Origin: Ophelia neglecta
Taxonomy: Eukaryota
Length of the DNA stretch: 64,000 nucleotides
NCBI GenBank assembly: GCA_965285935.1
Contig: OZ260661.1
Location: 98,146,001 to 98,210,000, forward strand
Reading direction: 5' to 3'
Shown here: in pieces, positions 1-8,820 of the stretch
Layout of the letters: every line of letters starts with the position of its first letter
Position numbering within the stretch: the stretch's first letter is position 1
Notes under the pieces: model-generated
Told to the model about the DNA's origin: nothing
The model's database searches: none
What the model saw: the letters and a program-made list of their open reading frames with translations, nothing else
Translations under genes and position numbers: made by a program

Positions 1-50
1 CAATTGCACACATTCGCCGATATACCCCCCGACAGCGTAGGCCTAGTTTA
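1..50 (+). mobile_element. Helentron/HINE-type 3' terminus, hairpin partly deleted
   Basis: ttcgccgata subTIR variant, then cccccgacagc and taggcCTAGttt; same sequence family as the termini at 3751-3800, 3843-3894 and 16230-16281. Confidence 0.65.
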
Positions 51-60
51 GAAATAGTGA

Positions 61-280
61 ATGACGATGGGTCTTGCACCACGCAGACATCAGTGAGAGC
101 GAAATCGATATGACAGCGAGTGTTTAATGTTTGTTAAGGTCCTGTACAACTGAGAGTAGCTGGGTTTCACAGCCGAGCCGAGACCGACACTTAGTGCTGC
201 TTACCTCATACCATATTTGTTAACTAAGAGTTTCTTTGCGTGTGAGATATAACAGCGGCTAAGCTAAGCTTGCTATGTTC
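61..280 (-). pseudogene. Decayed CR1/L2-like LINE reverse transcriptase fragment
   Basis: Minus strand reads GCETQLLSVVQDL, matching the SCETQL..DL motif of CR1-group RT; surrounded by frameshifts and deletions. Confidence 0.6.
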
Positions 281-1199
281 ATTATACATGCACATTCATG
301 GTAAACAGTCCCTCAGTTGTCGTCAAATTTCCCGGCATACATTTCTACCGATAAAGGAATTTACTTGTGCATGGAGGTGGGGAAGGGGGAAGGGGAGGGG
401 GAAGGGGAGAAGGTCGGAGTACATTATGGTTGATAGATACGAAATATATGTTGTATTAGTTGAATTACGCGTCGCAGTAAACATATATAGTGTACTGTAT
501 AATGGTGTTGTGAATTATGTGTAGAGACAGCATTTTGTCCATCAAAAAAGCACAACGAATGAAATGGAGCGTCTGCTAAGTGTAACAAGAAAATGAAATC
601 TAGTCTTTTATGTCATTATAAGTATACTGGTGAGTAATTATATACGCGAAATGCGGATATTATGGAATCGGTCTCGCGGTAGCTTCGAAACTTCATGTGC
701 TCGGAATTTTTAACGAGTGTTTAAGTTCGATTATTATTATTGGTTTGAGTAAAATAATAATATCACAACTTGATTGTGAACTTTTAATGAAATATCGAAT
801 AGTTGAAACGTTTTTTTCAGACTAGGCACAATGTAAACTTGTTAAAGGGTTTGCTTTGATATCAAGCTCTTATAGACAACACATACAAGCGCAAAATAAT
901 AAACACAAGTGTATTATGTGTAAAAATCATTTTATTTGAATGCACTTTAAAAGGATGATTGCATGTGAGCATTTCATATCGCTTTATCGTTATATACATT
1001 ATAAGGAGTTTAAAAACCTTATTAAATGCATTTTATCCTAAGAAACTTATATATATGCTATTGAACTAAGCCTGCTATAAAGGTATAGATTAACTGCATG
1101 GCTCCCTACCAAAATACATAGATGGTCGATCAATGCTTACTAACTTTGGTTCTGATTTGTTCATTTCATGCTGCAAACTATATTTGCGTTTCCAAAAAG

Positions 1200-1785
1200 A
1201 CAGCTTCTGTCTGTCCTTGATAGTGTAGTGACTATCTGTATGGATTCGACTCCCGAGTCTTCCAACACATGGTATAGTGGTATCTGTTTTCGGAATAGCT
1301 GATGTCACAGCTTCTAAGGTTTCGAAGAGGAAAACCCATCCAACAAGTTCACTTTCTTGATTGGTGCGTAAATCTATGTACGTAGATGACATAATCATCA
1401 GCCGAGAGCCGTACATGTGAAGTGGTGACCCCGAGAGCTTGGAAATCGGTGAAGACCAGGAAGAGTATTGGTCCCATGCAGAACATTTCTTTGCCCTGTC
1501 GGACTGTTCACCAGCAGCGATTACCTCTGCTGCCTGTCCATGAGAAAGTACTCTAACTGACGATGGGTCTTGCACCACGCAGAAGTCAGCTAGAGCGATA
1601 TCAATATGACAGCGAGTGTCAGCGAATGATTTGTTAAGGTCCTGTATACGACTGAGAGTAGCTGGGTTTCACAGCTGAGCCGAGACCGAAGCTTGGCGCT
1701 GCTTACCTAATACCATATTTGTTTACTAAGAGCTTCATTGCGTGTGAGATATAACAGCGGCTAAGCTAAGCTTGCTATGTTGAGG
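1200..1785 (-). pseudogene. Decayed CR1/L2-like LINE reverse transcriptase fragment
   Basis: Minus strand gives RLSCETQLLSV...DIALADF (about 1580-1685) and GPILFLVF...HVRLSADDYVIY (about 1380-1475), the QGSVLGP and FADD regions of RT, in broken frames. Confidence 0.75.
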
Positions 1786-2015
1786 CTTCAGGCTAGCTGG
1801 TAGTTTCTCGATGACTATAGTGATCGTACGTTAATACTGTCCTCCGCGGTAGCCGGTTCCCTGCGATACGGTCCTGCGCGGTGCGATAGCCGGTCCTCCG
1901 CGGTGGCCGGTCCGCCGCGGTAGCCGTCCTGGTCTTACGCTCGAAAGATAAAACGAAAGTGTCCTGCATTTGTAGCATCGAGATTGGTCTTAGCACTTGC
2001 AACAGTGACTTCAGC

Positions 2016-2336
2016 CTACCGCGAAATGCAATAGCGGGTGGGAAAAGCAGTGATGAGAATTGAATGTTTTTTAACTTCCAGTAATCTCACCCAATGGCAT
2101 GGTCTTTTCCCATCGAACCCAATCACGTGGGAAAATTTCTTGCACTTCCACTGGAGTCTCCTTTTTGTTACGTGGTGTATGGTACGATCGGGCGAAGACT
2201 GGGTCTCCCGCACCAACCACTCTACCTCGTTCGCAGAAGCGAAATAACTAGGCCTATCCTCGTAGTAGTGCACACTACTCTTCAAATGGCGATCGCGGAT
2301 ATGCTGCATTATATAGGCGATAGTAGTTCTTTGCAT
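2016..2336 (-). CDS. Small putative toxin-type ribonuclease domain protein, copy 1 (106 aa)
   Basis: QHIRDRH...SYF...VEWLVRET..SPD...KKFSHVIGFDG...WVRLL...ILITAFP. Core frame is open; the upstream ATG at 2358 is out of frame by 2 nt. Confidence 0.55.
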   Translation of the reverse strand: MQRTTIAYIMQHIRDRHLKSSVHYYEDRPSYFASANEVEWLVRETQSSPDRTIHHVTKRRLQWKCKKFSHVIGFDGKRPCHWVRLLEVKKHSILITAFPTRYCISR

Positions 2337-2552
2337 ATTGCATATCGATGGTTTTCATGATTAAAAGAATCGCTTTTTTTTTCAGGGCGGTAGCGGATCG
2401 ACGGCGGTAGCAGTCATGAAATTTACATCATTGTACTATTTCAGTTAGTTAAATTCATTCATGTTGCAAACACTTTTCTTGTCTTTCGTACTAACTAAGA
2501 ACTACTAGATTCATGATATCCGCGAAATGCGGATATTATGTTTTCAGTAGCA

Positions 2553-2591
2553 CCGCCGCCGCCGCTGCCGCTGCCGCCGCCGCCGCCGCCG
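2553..2591 (+). repeat. (GCC)n/(GCT) microsatellite inside the HINE
   Basis: ccgccgccgccgctgccgctgccgccgccgccgccgccg. Confidence 0.95.
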
Positions 2592-2974
2592 ATTTTAGTC
2601 GTTTACGCGATAACTCAAAGCCATTTCGTACATCTTTTTCAAATTCAACACAACCATAGACCTTATTGAGAGGAGGAACTGATTAGATTCTGGTGAAAAT
2701 CCAATAATTATTAATTAGTTAAAACAATTACTTAATACGTCAGAAACGCATTTTCTGCAATAACACTAAATATATTTGATACATCATTTTCTTATTTGAC
2801 ACAGCCATAGACCTTATTGAGAGAAAGACCTGTATTTATTCTGGTGAATTTCTGATAATTATTAATTAGTTAAAATAATTAATTAATTATGTCAAAAACA
2901 CATTTTCTATCATATATTCCAAAGTATAGATGATATTGGCTTCAAGTTTTGTGTCATGATTCATGTAATAATTA

Positions 2975-3672
2975 TATACAATCTGTGTAATAAGTTAACT
3001 AGTTAACTTTATTGATGACCTGAAAAAAAATTAGTTAAGGTGGTTTTGCATTATTCTTGAGGTCATATGGAACCAACTGTATTATTGACCTGCCTTATTA
3101 TTGAGGTTATATAGAAGCTACTACAATCTGTGTAACAAGTTAACTAGTACTGTGTAATAAGGTAACTAGTTAACTTTATTAATGACCTAAAAAATATTTA
3201 GTTAAGGCAGTTTTTCACTATTATTGAGGTCATATGGAACCTACTGCAATGTGTGTTATAACTTAACTAGTTCACTTTTTTAATGACCTAAAAAAAAATT
3301 AGTTAAGGCAGTTTTTTTTATTATTATTGAGGTCATTGGAACCTACTACAATGTGTGTAATAACTTAACTAGTTAACTTTATTAATGACCTGAAAAAAAT
3401 GTAGTTAAAGTCGTTTTGCATTATTATTGAGGTCTTATGGAACCTACTAATAAGTTCACTAGTTCACTTTATTAATGACCTGAACAAAAATTAGTTAGGG
3501 TCGTTTTGCATTATTATTGAGGTCATATGACACCAACTTTAAGAATGACCTGCATTATTATTGAGGTCAAATAAAACCTACTAGAATCTGTGTAATAAGT
3601 TAACTAGTACTGTGTCATAAGTTAACTAGTTTAACTTTATTAATGACCTGAACAAAAATTAGTTAAGGTCGT
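2975..3672 (+). repeat. AT-rich internal tandem array (about 115-120 bp unit with partial copies) containing palindromes
   Basis: Repeated ttattgaggtcatatggaacctact...gtaataagttaactagttaactttattaatgacctgaaaaaa...ttagttaagg; perfect 18-bp palindrome aagttaactagttaactt at 2992-3009. Confidence 0.9.
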
Positions 3673-4429
3673 TATATTTTGTGCCAACTAAAAACTACCA
3701 TATTCACTACCTCGCCTTATGCTATGTTCCCCATTCGATTATTGCACGCATTCGCGGATAGACCCATTGCTGTCGGCCCCCCGACAGCGTTGGCCTAGTT
3801 ACTCTATCTTATAGCGGGTTCGCCAATCAACAATTGCACACATTCGCGGATATATCCCTTGCTGTCGGCCCCCCGACAGCGTAGGCCTAGTTTTAGAAAT
3901 AGTGAATGACCAATACGAATGACCGAAGTATTGGTCATTAACTGTATTGGAGATAGGGTAGTGATATCCGAGGGGCCGCTAGTCCCAAGGAAATTACTTA
4001 GCTAAATAGAATCCAGTTAATGGCCAAAACAGAGGTTATGCACTGGTTAAACCATGGTTAACGTTTTTTTGTATTTATTTAATAAATTGGTGGTGACCAT
4101 TTCGAGCAAAGCACTCCCATACACGATAGTAGTGATTGAAGCAGTGATTCATATTTGTTTAATTGTGTATACGGACTTGTATGAGTGTATCTTAAGGTTC
4201 AAGTAAACACAGTTCTATACACTTGTAGACAAGGCTTGTACAGACTGCAGCCAATGATATAACTATGGATTATTTTATATTACCGTTAAGCACATGAATG
4301 TGTGTAGGCCTATACGCCATGGTACGCTACTGTCAGTGTGTTAGGTGTAGGACGTCCCTTACGTAATGTGCTGTTCATTATACCTGCACATTCACTGTAA
4401 ACAGTCGTACCGGCTGTCTCTCAGTTGTC

Positions 4430-4930
4430 GTGGTGTCACAGCTTCTGAGGTTTCTGAGAAGAAAACCCATCCAACAAATTCTCTTTCTTGATTGGTGCGT
4501 AAATCTATGTACGTAGATGACATAATCATCAGCCGCGAGCCTCACATGTGACATGGTGATCACAAGCGCTAGGTATTTGGTGAAGGCATGAAAGAGTATT
4601 TGCCCCATGCAGAACATTTCTTTGGGGGACACGGTGCAGGACATTTGCCCAGTCGGACTGTTTACCAGCAGCGATTACCTCTGCTGCCTGTCCATGAGAA
4701 AGTATACTCTAACTGACGATGGGTCTTGCACCAAGCAGACGTCAGTAAGAGCGATATCAATATGACAGCGAGTGTCTAATCATTTGTCCTGTACGAGTGA
4801 GAGTAGCTGGGTTTCACAGCCGAGCCGAGACCGACACTTGGCGCTGCTTACCTAATACCATATATGTTTACTAAGAGCTTCATTGCGTGTGAGATATAAC
4901 AGCGGCTAAGCTAAGCTTGCTATGTTGAGG
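4430..4930 (-). pseudogene. Decayed CR1/L2-like RT fragment, paralogue of 1200-1785
   Basis: MGQILFHAF...SHVRLAADDYVIY in ORF 4378-4644 and GCETQLL near 4800-4822. Shorter versions at about 12530-12695 and 14913-15075. Confidence 0.7.
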
Positions 4931-5271
4931 CTTCAGGCTAGCTGGTAGTTTCTCGATGACTATAGTGATCGTACGTTAATACTGTCCTCCGCGGTAGCCG
5001 GTCCCCGCGTACGGTCCTGCGCGGTGCGGTAGCCGGTCCTCCGCGGTGGCCGGTCCTCCGCGGTTACCGGTCCTCCGCGGTAGCCGGTCCCCGCGATACG
5101 GTCCTGCGCGGTGCGGTAGCCATGCAGTCTTGCGCAGAGCGGTAGCCGGTCCTCCGCGGTGGCCGGTCCGCCGCGGTAGCCGTCCTGGTCTTACGCTCGG
5201 AAGATAAAACTAAAGTGTCCTGCATTTGTAGCATCGAGATGGGTCTTAGCACTTGCAACAGTGACTTCAGC

Positions 5272-5616
5272 CTACCGCGAAATGCAATAGCGGGTTGGAT
5301 ACCCTGTGATGAGAATTGAATTTTTTTTAACTTCTAATACTCTCACCCAATGGCATGGTCTTTTCCCATCGTACCCAATCACGTGGGAAAACTTCTTCCA
5401 CTTCCACTGGCGGTCCCGTTTTGTTGGGTGAGGTATGGTACAGTCGGGCGTAGACTGAGTCTCCCGCACCAACCACTCTACCTCGTTCGCAGAGGCGAAA
5501 TAACTACGCCTATCCTCGTAGTAGTGCACACTACTCTTCAAATGGCGATCGCGGATATGCTGCATTATATAGGCGATAGTAGTCCTATGCATATTGCTAA
5601 TATCGTCGGCGTTCAT
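5272..5616 (-). CDS. Small putative toxin-type ribonuclease domain protein, copy 2 (114 aa)
   Basis: Same motifs as copy 1, ending ILITGYP. The N-terminal extension seen in copy 4 is interrupted here by an in-frame TGA. Confidence 0.55.
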   Translation of the reverse strand: MNADDISNMHRTTIAYIMQHIRDRHLKSSVHYYEDRRSYFASANEVEWLVRETQSTPDCTIPHPTKRDRQWKWKKFSHVIGYDGKRPCHWVRVLEVKKNSILITGYPTRYCISR

Positions 5617-5784
5617 GAAATATCAGTCCGTTTTTTTCCCCTTCATTGTCCCGTAACATGTTGTGTTTAAGCCTAGCGAGCATGCGGTATTGTATAACAC
5701 ACTAACTAGTCTCTCGTTGGTGGCCATTAAGACATTACTATAAATTGCGTACATCTCTACCGATGAAGGGATTTACTTGTGCAT

Positions 5785-6340
5785 GGGGGAGGGGGAGGGG
5801 GAAGGGGGAAGGGGAGAGAGTCGGAGTACATTATGGTTGATAGATATACGAAATGAATGAGTATAGAGGGACGCAGCGGAAGAGGGACGACGGCGGTAGA
5901 GGGACGCAGCGGAAGAGGGACGACGGTGGTTGAGGGACGCAGTGGTAGAGGGACGACGGCGGTAAAGGGACGCAGCGGTAGCGCGACGAGGCCGTGAGCG
6001 CGACGAGGGCGGTAGCGGGACGACGACGCCGGTAGCGGGTAGCGGGACGGCGGTAGAGTAGAGGATGGCGGTAGCGTAGCGGTCTTTGAATTATGTGCGA
6101 CATTATTTATGAAACAGCATTTTGTCCACGGGTCTCTGCGGTAGCCGTCCTCCGCGGTTGTCGTCCTACTTGGTTGCCGTTCTCCGATGTAGCCGTCCTC
6201 CACGGTAGCCGTCATCCGCGGTACCTCTCCTCCGCCGTAGCCGTCCTCCGCGGTTGGCGTCCGCGGTAGCCGTCCTCCGCCGGAGCCGTCGTCCGCAGTA
6301 GCCGTCCTCCGCGGTAGCCGTCCTCCGCCGTCGCGTCGCA
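5785..6340. repeat. G-run tract and CpG-rich minisatellites
   Basis: (GGGGGA)n at 5785-5815, gagggacgcagcggaagagggacgacggcggta repeats at 5865-6080, gtagccgtcctccgcg repeats at 6140-6330. Duplicated at 13517-14072; related tracts at 1840-1930, 4985-5185, 12755-12915, 15140-15300 and 15895-16190. Confidence 0.9.
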
Positions 6341-6684
6341 GTCAAGAAATATATTGTAGGCTTCTGTATTATGATATGAATTATGTGCAGAGACAGCATT
6401 TTGTGCATGAAAAATCCACAACGAATAAAACGTATGGTCTGCTAAGTGTATAAAGAACTGAAATCTATAGTCTTTCTGTAATTATAAGTTTATTGGTGAG
6501 TAATTATATCCGCGAAATGCGGATACTATTGAATAGGTGTCGAGGCCCTCGTCGCCGACGGCAGTAGCGGACGGCGGTCATGCATTATACTATTTCAGTT
6601 AGTCCTAGTTAATTTCATTAATGGTGCAAACACTTTTCTTGTGGTCCCCCGCGGTAGCCGTCCGCGGTAGGCGTCCGCGGTAAA

Positions 6685-6790
6685 TACCGCGAAATGCAAT
6701 TGCGGGTCGGATAACCGACGGCATTCATGAGAGATCAGTCCCTCCTTTCTTCCCTTCAATGTCTTGTAACATGTTGCCTTTAAGCCTAGC
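6685..6790 (-). pseudogene. Internally deleted copy of the small ribonuclease-like ORF
   Basis: The ORF 3' end (taccgcgaaatgcaattgcgggtcggata) is fused directly to its 5' region (gacggcattcatga...cccttcaatgtc..gtaacatgttg..ttaagcctagc); the whole core is missing. Confidence 0.75.
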
Positions 6791-7160
6791 TGGAGAACCC
6801 TGAGGCGTTGAGGTGGGATCGCCATGTCGCTACACAGTACACTGCCGGCGCCCGGAAACTTTCAACGCTCTCGATGCTTTCTACGGCGCCCTGCGGGCCG
6901 TAACTCTAACTGTAATAGTAACGGATTAGGCCCTAGTATGAGTGTATCTCAAGGTTCAAGTGAACACACTTGTATAGACAAGGCTTGTGCAGACTGCAGC
7001 CAATGATATAACTATGGATTATTTTATATTGCCGTTAAGCACATGTCTGTGTGTAGGGCCTATACGCCATGGTACGCTACTGTCAGTTGTAGGACGTCCT
7101 TTACGTACTGTGCTGTTCATTATAACTGCACATTCACGGTAAACGTGAAAAAATCGACTT

Positions 7161-7171
7161 TGCGCATGCGT
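7161..7171 (+). promoter_or_regulatory. NRF1-like palindromic motif in the LINE 5' UTR (candidate internal promoter element)
   Basis: TGCGCATGCGT, 16 nt inside the 5' end; close to the YGCGCAYGCGCR consensus. Confidence 0.4.
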
Positions 7172-7245
7172 GGACTTGGCGACGGCGGTTTATTTGAAAT
7201 CTCTTGGAATATTTTCTTAATTTTCAAAAATACTGGATATTGGAT

Positions 7246-8820
7246 ATGGCAAGTAAGCGTAAGGAAAGTGAATTGTGTTCCGGTGAGGATATGGATCAAC
7301 AGGATGGCTTCAAAAGAGTGGATAATCGGGGAACACCTCTGAAAATTGGTGAAGATGTTATGGATACAGTGAACACTCTGGCCAACGAAATACGGCAGTT
7401 ACAGATTGTACACAGAGACACAATGAAAAGTCAGGCACAGCAGCTGACCAACATACAGAATCAGTGTGAAGAAAACGCAGGTATACTAAAACAGCAAGCC
7501 AAAACAATAAAAGACCACGAAAGACAGGTAAATGACATAAAAGTAGGAATTGAACAATTAGAAAAGAATGCTGATAACGATATTAAATATCGTGAGTTAA
7601 TGGAGGTTTTCATGCTGAAAAAGGAAGTTGAAAGTAGAGAAAATGCTTTAATACTATATGAAGTCGAAAGAGTGTCTGATGAAAGTGTTATAAGTGAGGT
7701 TAGAAAGTTTTTCGTTAGAGCCCTGAAAATGTCGAAGGACCAGGCTGACCAAGTTGGAATAAATTCAGCGTATCGCATAGGGAAAGGTAGAGAAGATCGT
7801 CCAAGACCAGTTCGTCTAGTATTAAGAGGAAGGGATGACGTTAGACAAGTTCTGGTTATGGCCGACATAGCCAGAAAAAATAAATTGGTGGCTAGAGATC
7901 TTCCCCAAGTAATTAGAGAGGCACGAAAAAAACTACTAGACAAGTACAATCAATTGAAGGCATCGAGGGTTAATGTACGGATAGTTTTCCCGGCTGCCTT
8001 GGAAGTAGATGGAACAGTTATCATTAACTTGTTTCCAAGATATTACGATGTCCGTCTACAACATTTAACAAGCCAGATTAGAGACATAAACCTTCAACGT
8101 TATGACAGTTTGGTACAGCAATTGTGCAGGGACCATGGCCGTGAGACAAACAGAAATACAGTCAGGGAAACGGCTCTGCCCATTTTAACACGCCCGTCCA
8201 CGGCCTTGGAACCGTCGCATACATCAACACACTTTGATTCTCCTAACACTGAAAGTAAAAACCGTGAAAACGTGCTTCAGGTCACGCCTCCATCAGCCCG
8301 TGGCAGGGGGAGAGGACTCCTATCGGGAGGCACACCGCACCTGAGTACATCAAGGCTCCCTAATACGCAACACCGGGACACGCCTGCCACCAGACACGCA
8401 TTGCGCGCACAACTCGACAGTGCATTGGGCCTCGGCAGAGAAAGAAACGGTCACATTCGACGCGGGGGGGATCCACACGGGGTGTCGGTGTCGGAGGAAG
8501 TGGGCCGTGGACGCAGACCTTCCCATTATAAAAACAACATTAACCCATTAGGCCTGAGTTATTCAGACGAGGAGCTCGTGGGAGGTGTTAGAACAAGGAC
8601 CACTAGATCAAACGAGGGGTTGACACAACTATCGCGTAATGAAATTGACAATATACCACCCTTCCCAGTAAATCTAGATACAGACACGGACTCCACGTGC
8701 GAAGAAGAAGATAACCTCCCTCGCACCCTTTCTGCAAGACTCAAAAACAAAAGGAGTGATACAGGTAGAGAGGTGTCGAGGGGAGGGCGCCGTGACTGTG
8801 ACAGGGCCGTACATGATTAG
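7246..8820 (+). CDS. LINE ORF1 protein (coiled coil + L1/Transposase-22-like RRM/CTD + long disordered R/G/S-rich tail), 524 aa
   Basis: First ATG at 7246 (MASKRKE). Heptad-rich N-terminus, then SRENALILYEV...AYRIGK...RPRPVRLVL...DLPQVIREARKKL...FPAALEVDG. Ends TAG at 8818-8820. Confidence 0.85.
   Translation: MASKRKESELCSGEDMDQQDGFKRVDNRGTPLKIGEDVMDTVNTLANEIRQLQIVHRDTMKSQAQQLTNIQNQCEENAGILKQQAKTIKDHERQVNDIKVGIEQLEKNADNDIKYRELMEVFMLKKEVESRENALILYEVERVSDESVISEVRKFFVRALKMSKDQADQVGINSAYRIGKGREDRPRPVRLVLRGRDDVRQVLVMADIARKNKLVARDLPQVIREARKKLLDKYNQLKASRVNVRIVFPAALEVDGTVIINLFPRYYDVRLQHLTSQIRDINLQRYDSLVQQLCRDHGRETNRNTVRETALPILTRPSTALEPSHTSTHFDSPNTESKNRENVLQVTPPSARGRGRGLLSGGTPHLSTSRLPNTQHRDTPATRHALRAQLDSALGLGRERNGHIRRGGDPHGVSVSEEVGRGRRPSHYKNNINPLGLSYSDEELVGGVRTRTTRSNEGLTQLSRNEIDNIPPFPVNLDTDTDSTCEEEDNLPRTLSARLKNKRSDTGREVSRGGRRDCDRAVHD

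Larger units (their letters stand above)
2510..3800 (+). mobile_element. Complete non-autonomous Helentron-associated element (HINE/DINE-1/pearl-like), about 1.3 kb
   Basis: 5' subTIR plus inverted repeat tatccgcgaaatgcggata (2517-2535), (GCC)n microsatellite, two core repeats about 150 bp apart (about 2648 and 2799), internal tandem array, 3' subTIR ttcgcggata (3751-3760), hairpin 3769-3788, ending CTAGTT. Confidence 0.8.
641..3894 (+). mobile_element. Candidate composite non-autonomous Helentron-type element carrying an RT relic, small ORF copy 1 and a nested HINE
   Basis: 5' tatacgcgaaatgcggata at 641-659; 3' ttcgcggata at 3843-3852, perfect hairpin gctgtcggccccccgacagc at 3861-3880, CTAG-tttt at 3887-3894. 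Pairing of these particular ends is inferred. Confidence 0.5.

Noticed and set aside
1556-1600. CTGACGA followed by a short stem, as a hammerhead ribozyme/retrozyme in the tandem units
   Set aside because: No correctly placed GAAA or stems I/III; the sequence is the antisense of the decayed RT.
5064-5258. 64-69 aa ORF (MQVLRPISMLQMQDT...) right after each RNase-like ORF, as a possible antitoxin/immunity gene
   Set aside because: TTG start, most of its length is translated GC minisatellite, its C-terminus differs between copies, and it has no recognisable fold.
5350-5670. Plus-strand ORFs (MAWSFPI...) overlapping the small ORF copies
   Set aside because: Antisense shadows; lengths are not conserved across copies.
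5757-6421. Arg/Pro/Thr-rich ORFs, also at 13489-14153, 15849-16325 and 31183-31473
   Set aside because: Translations of stop-poor minisatellites.
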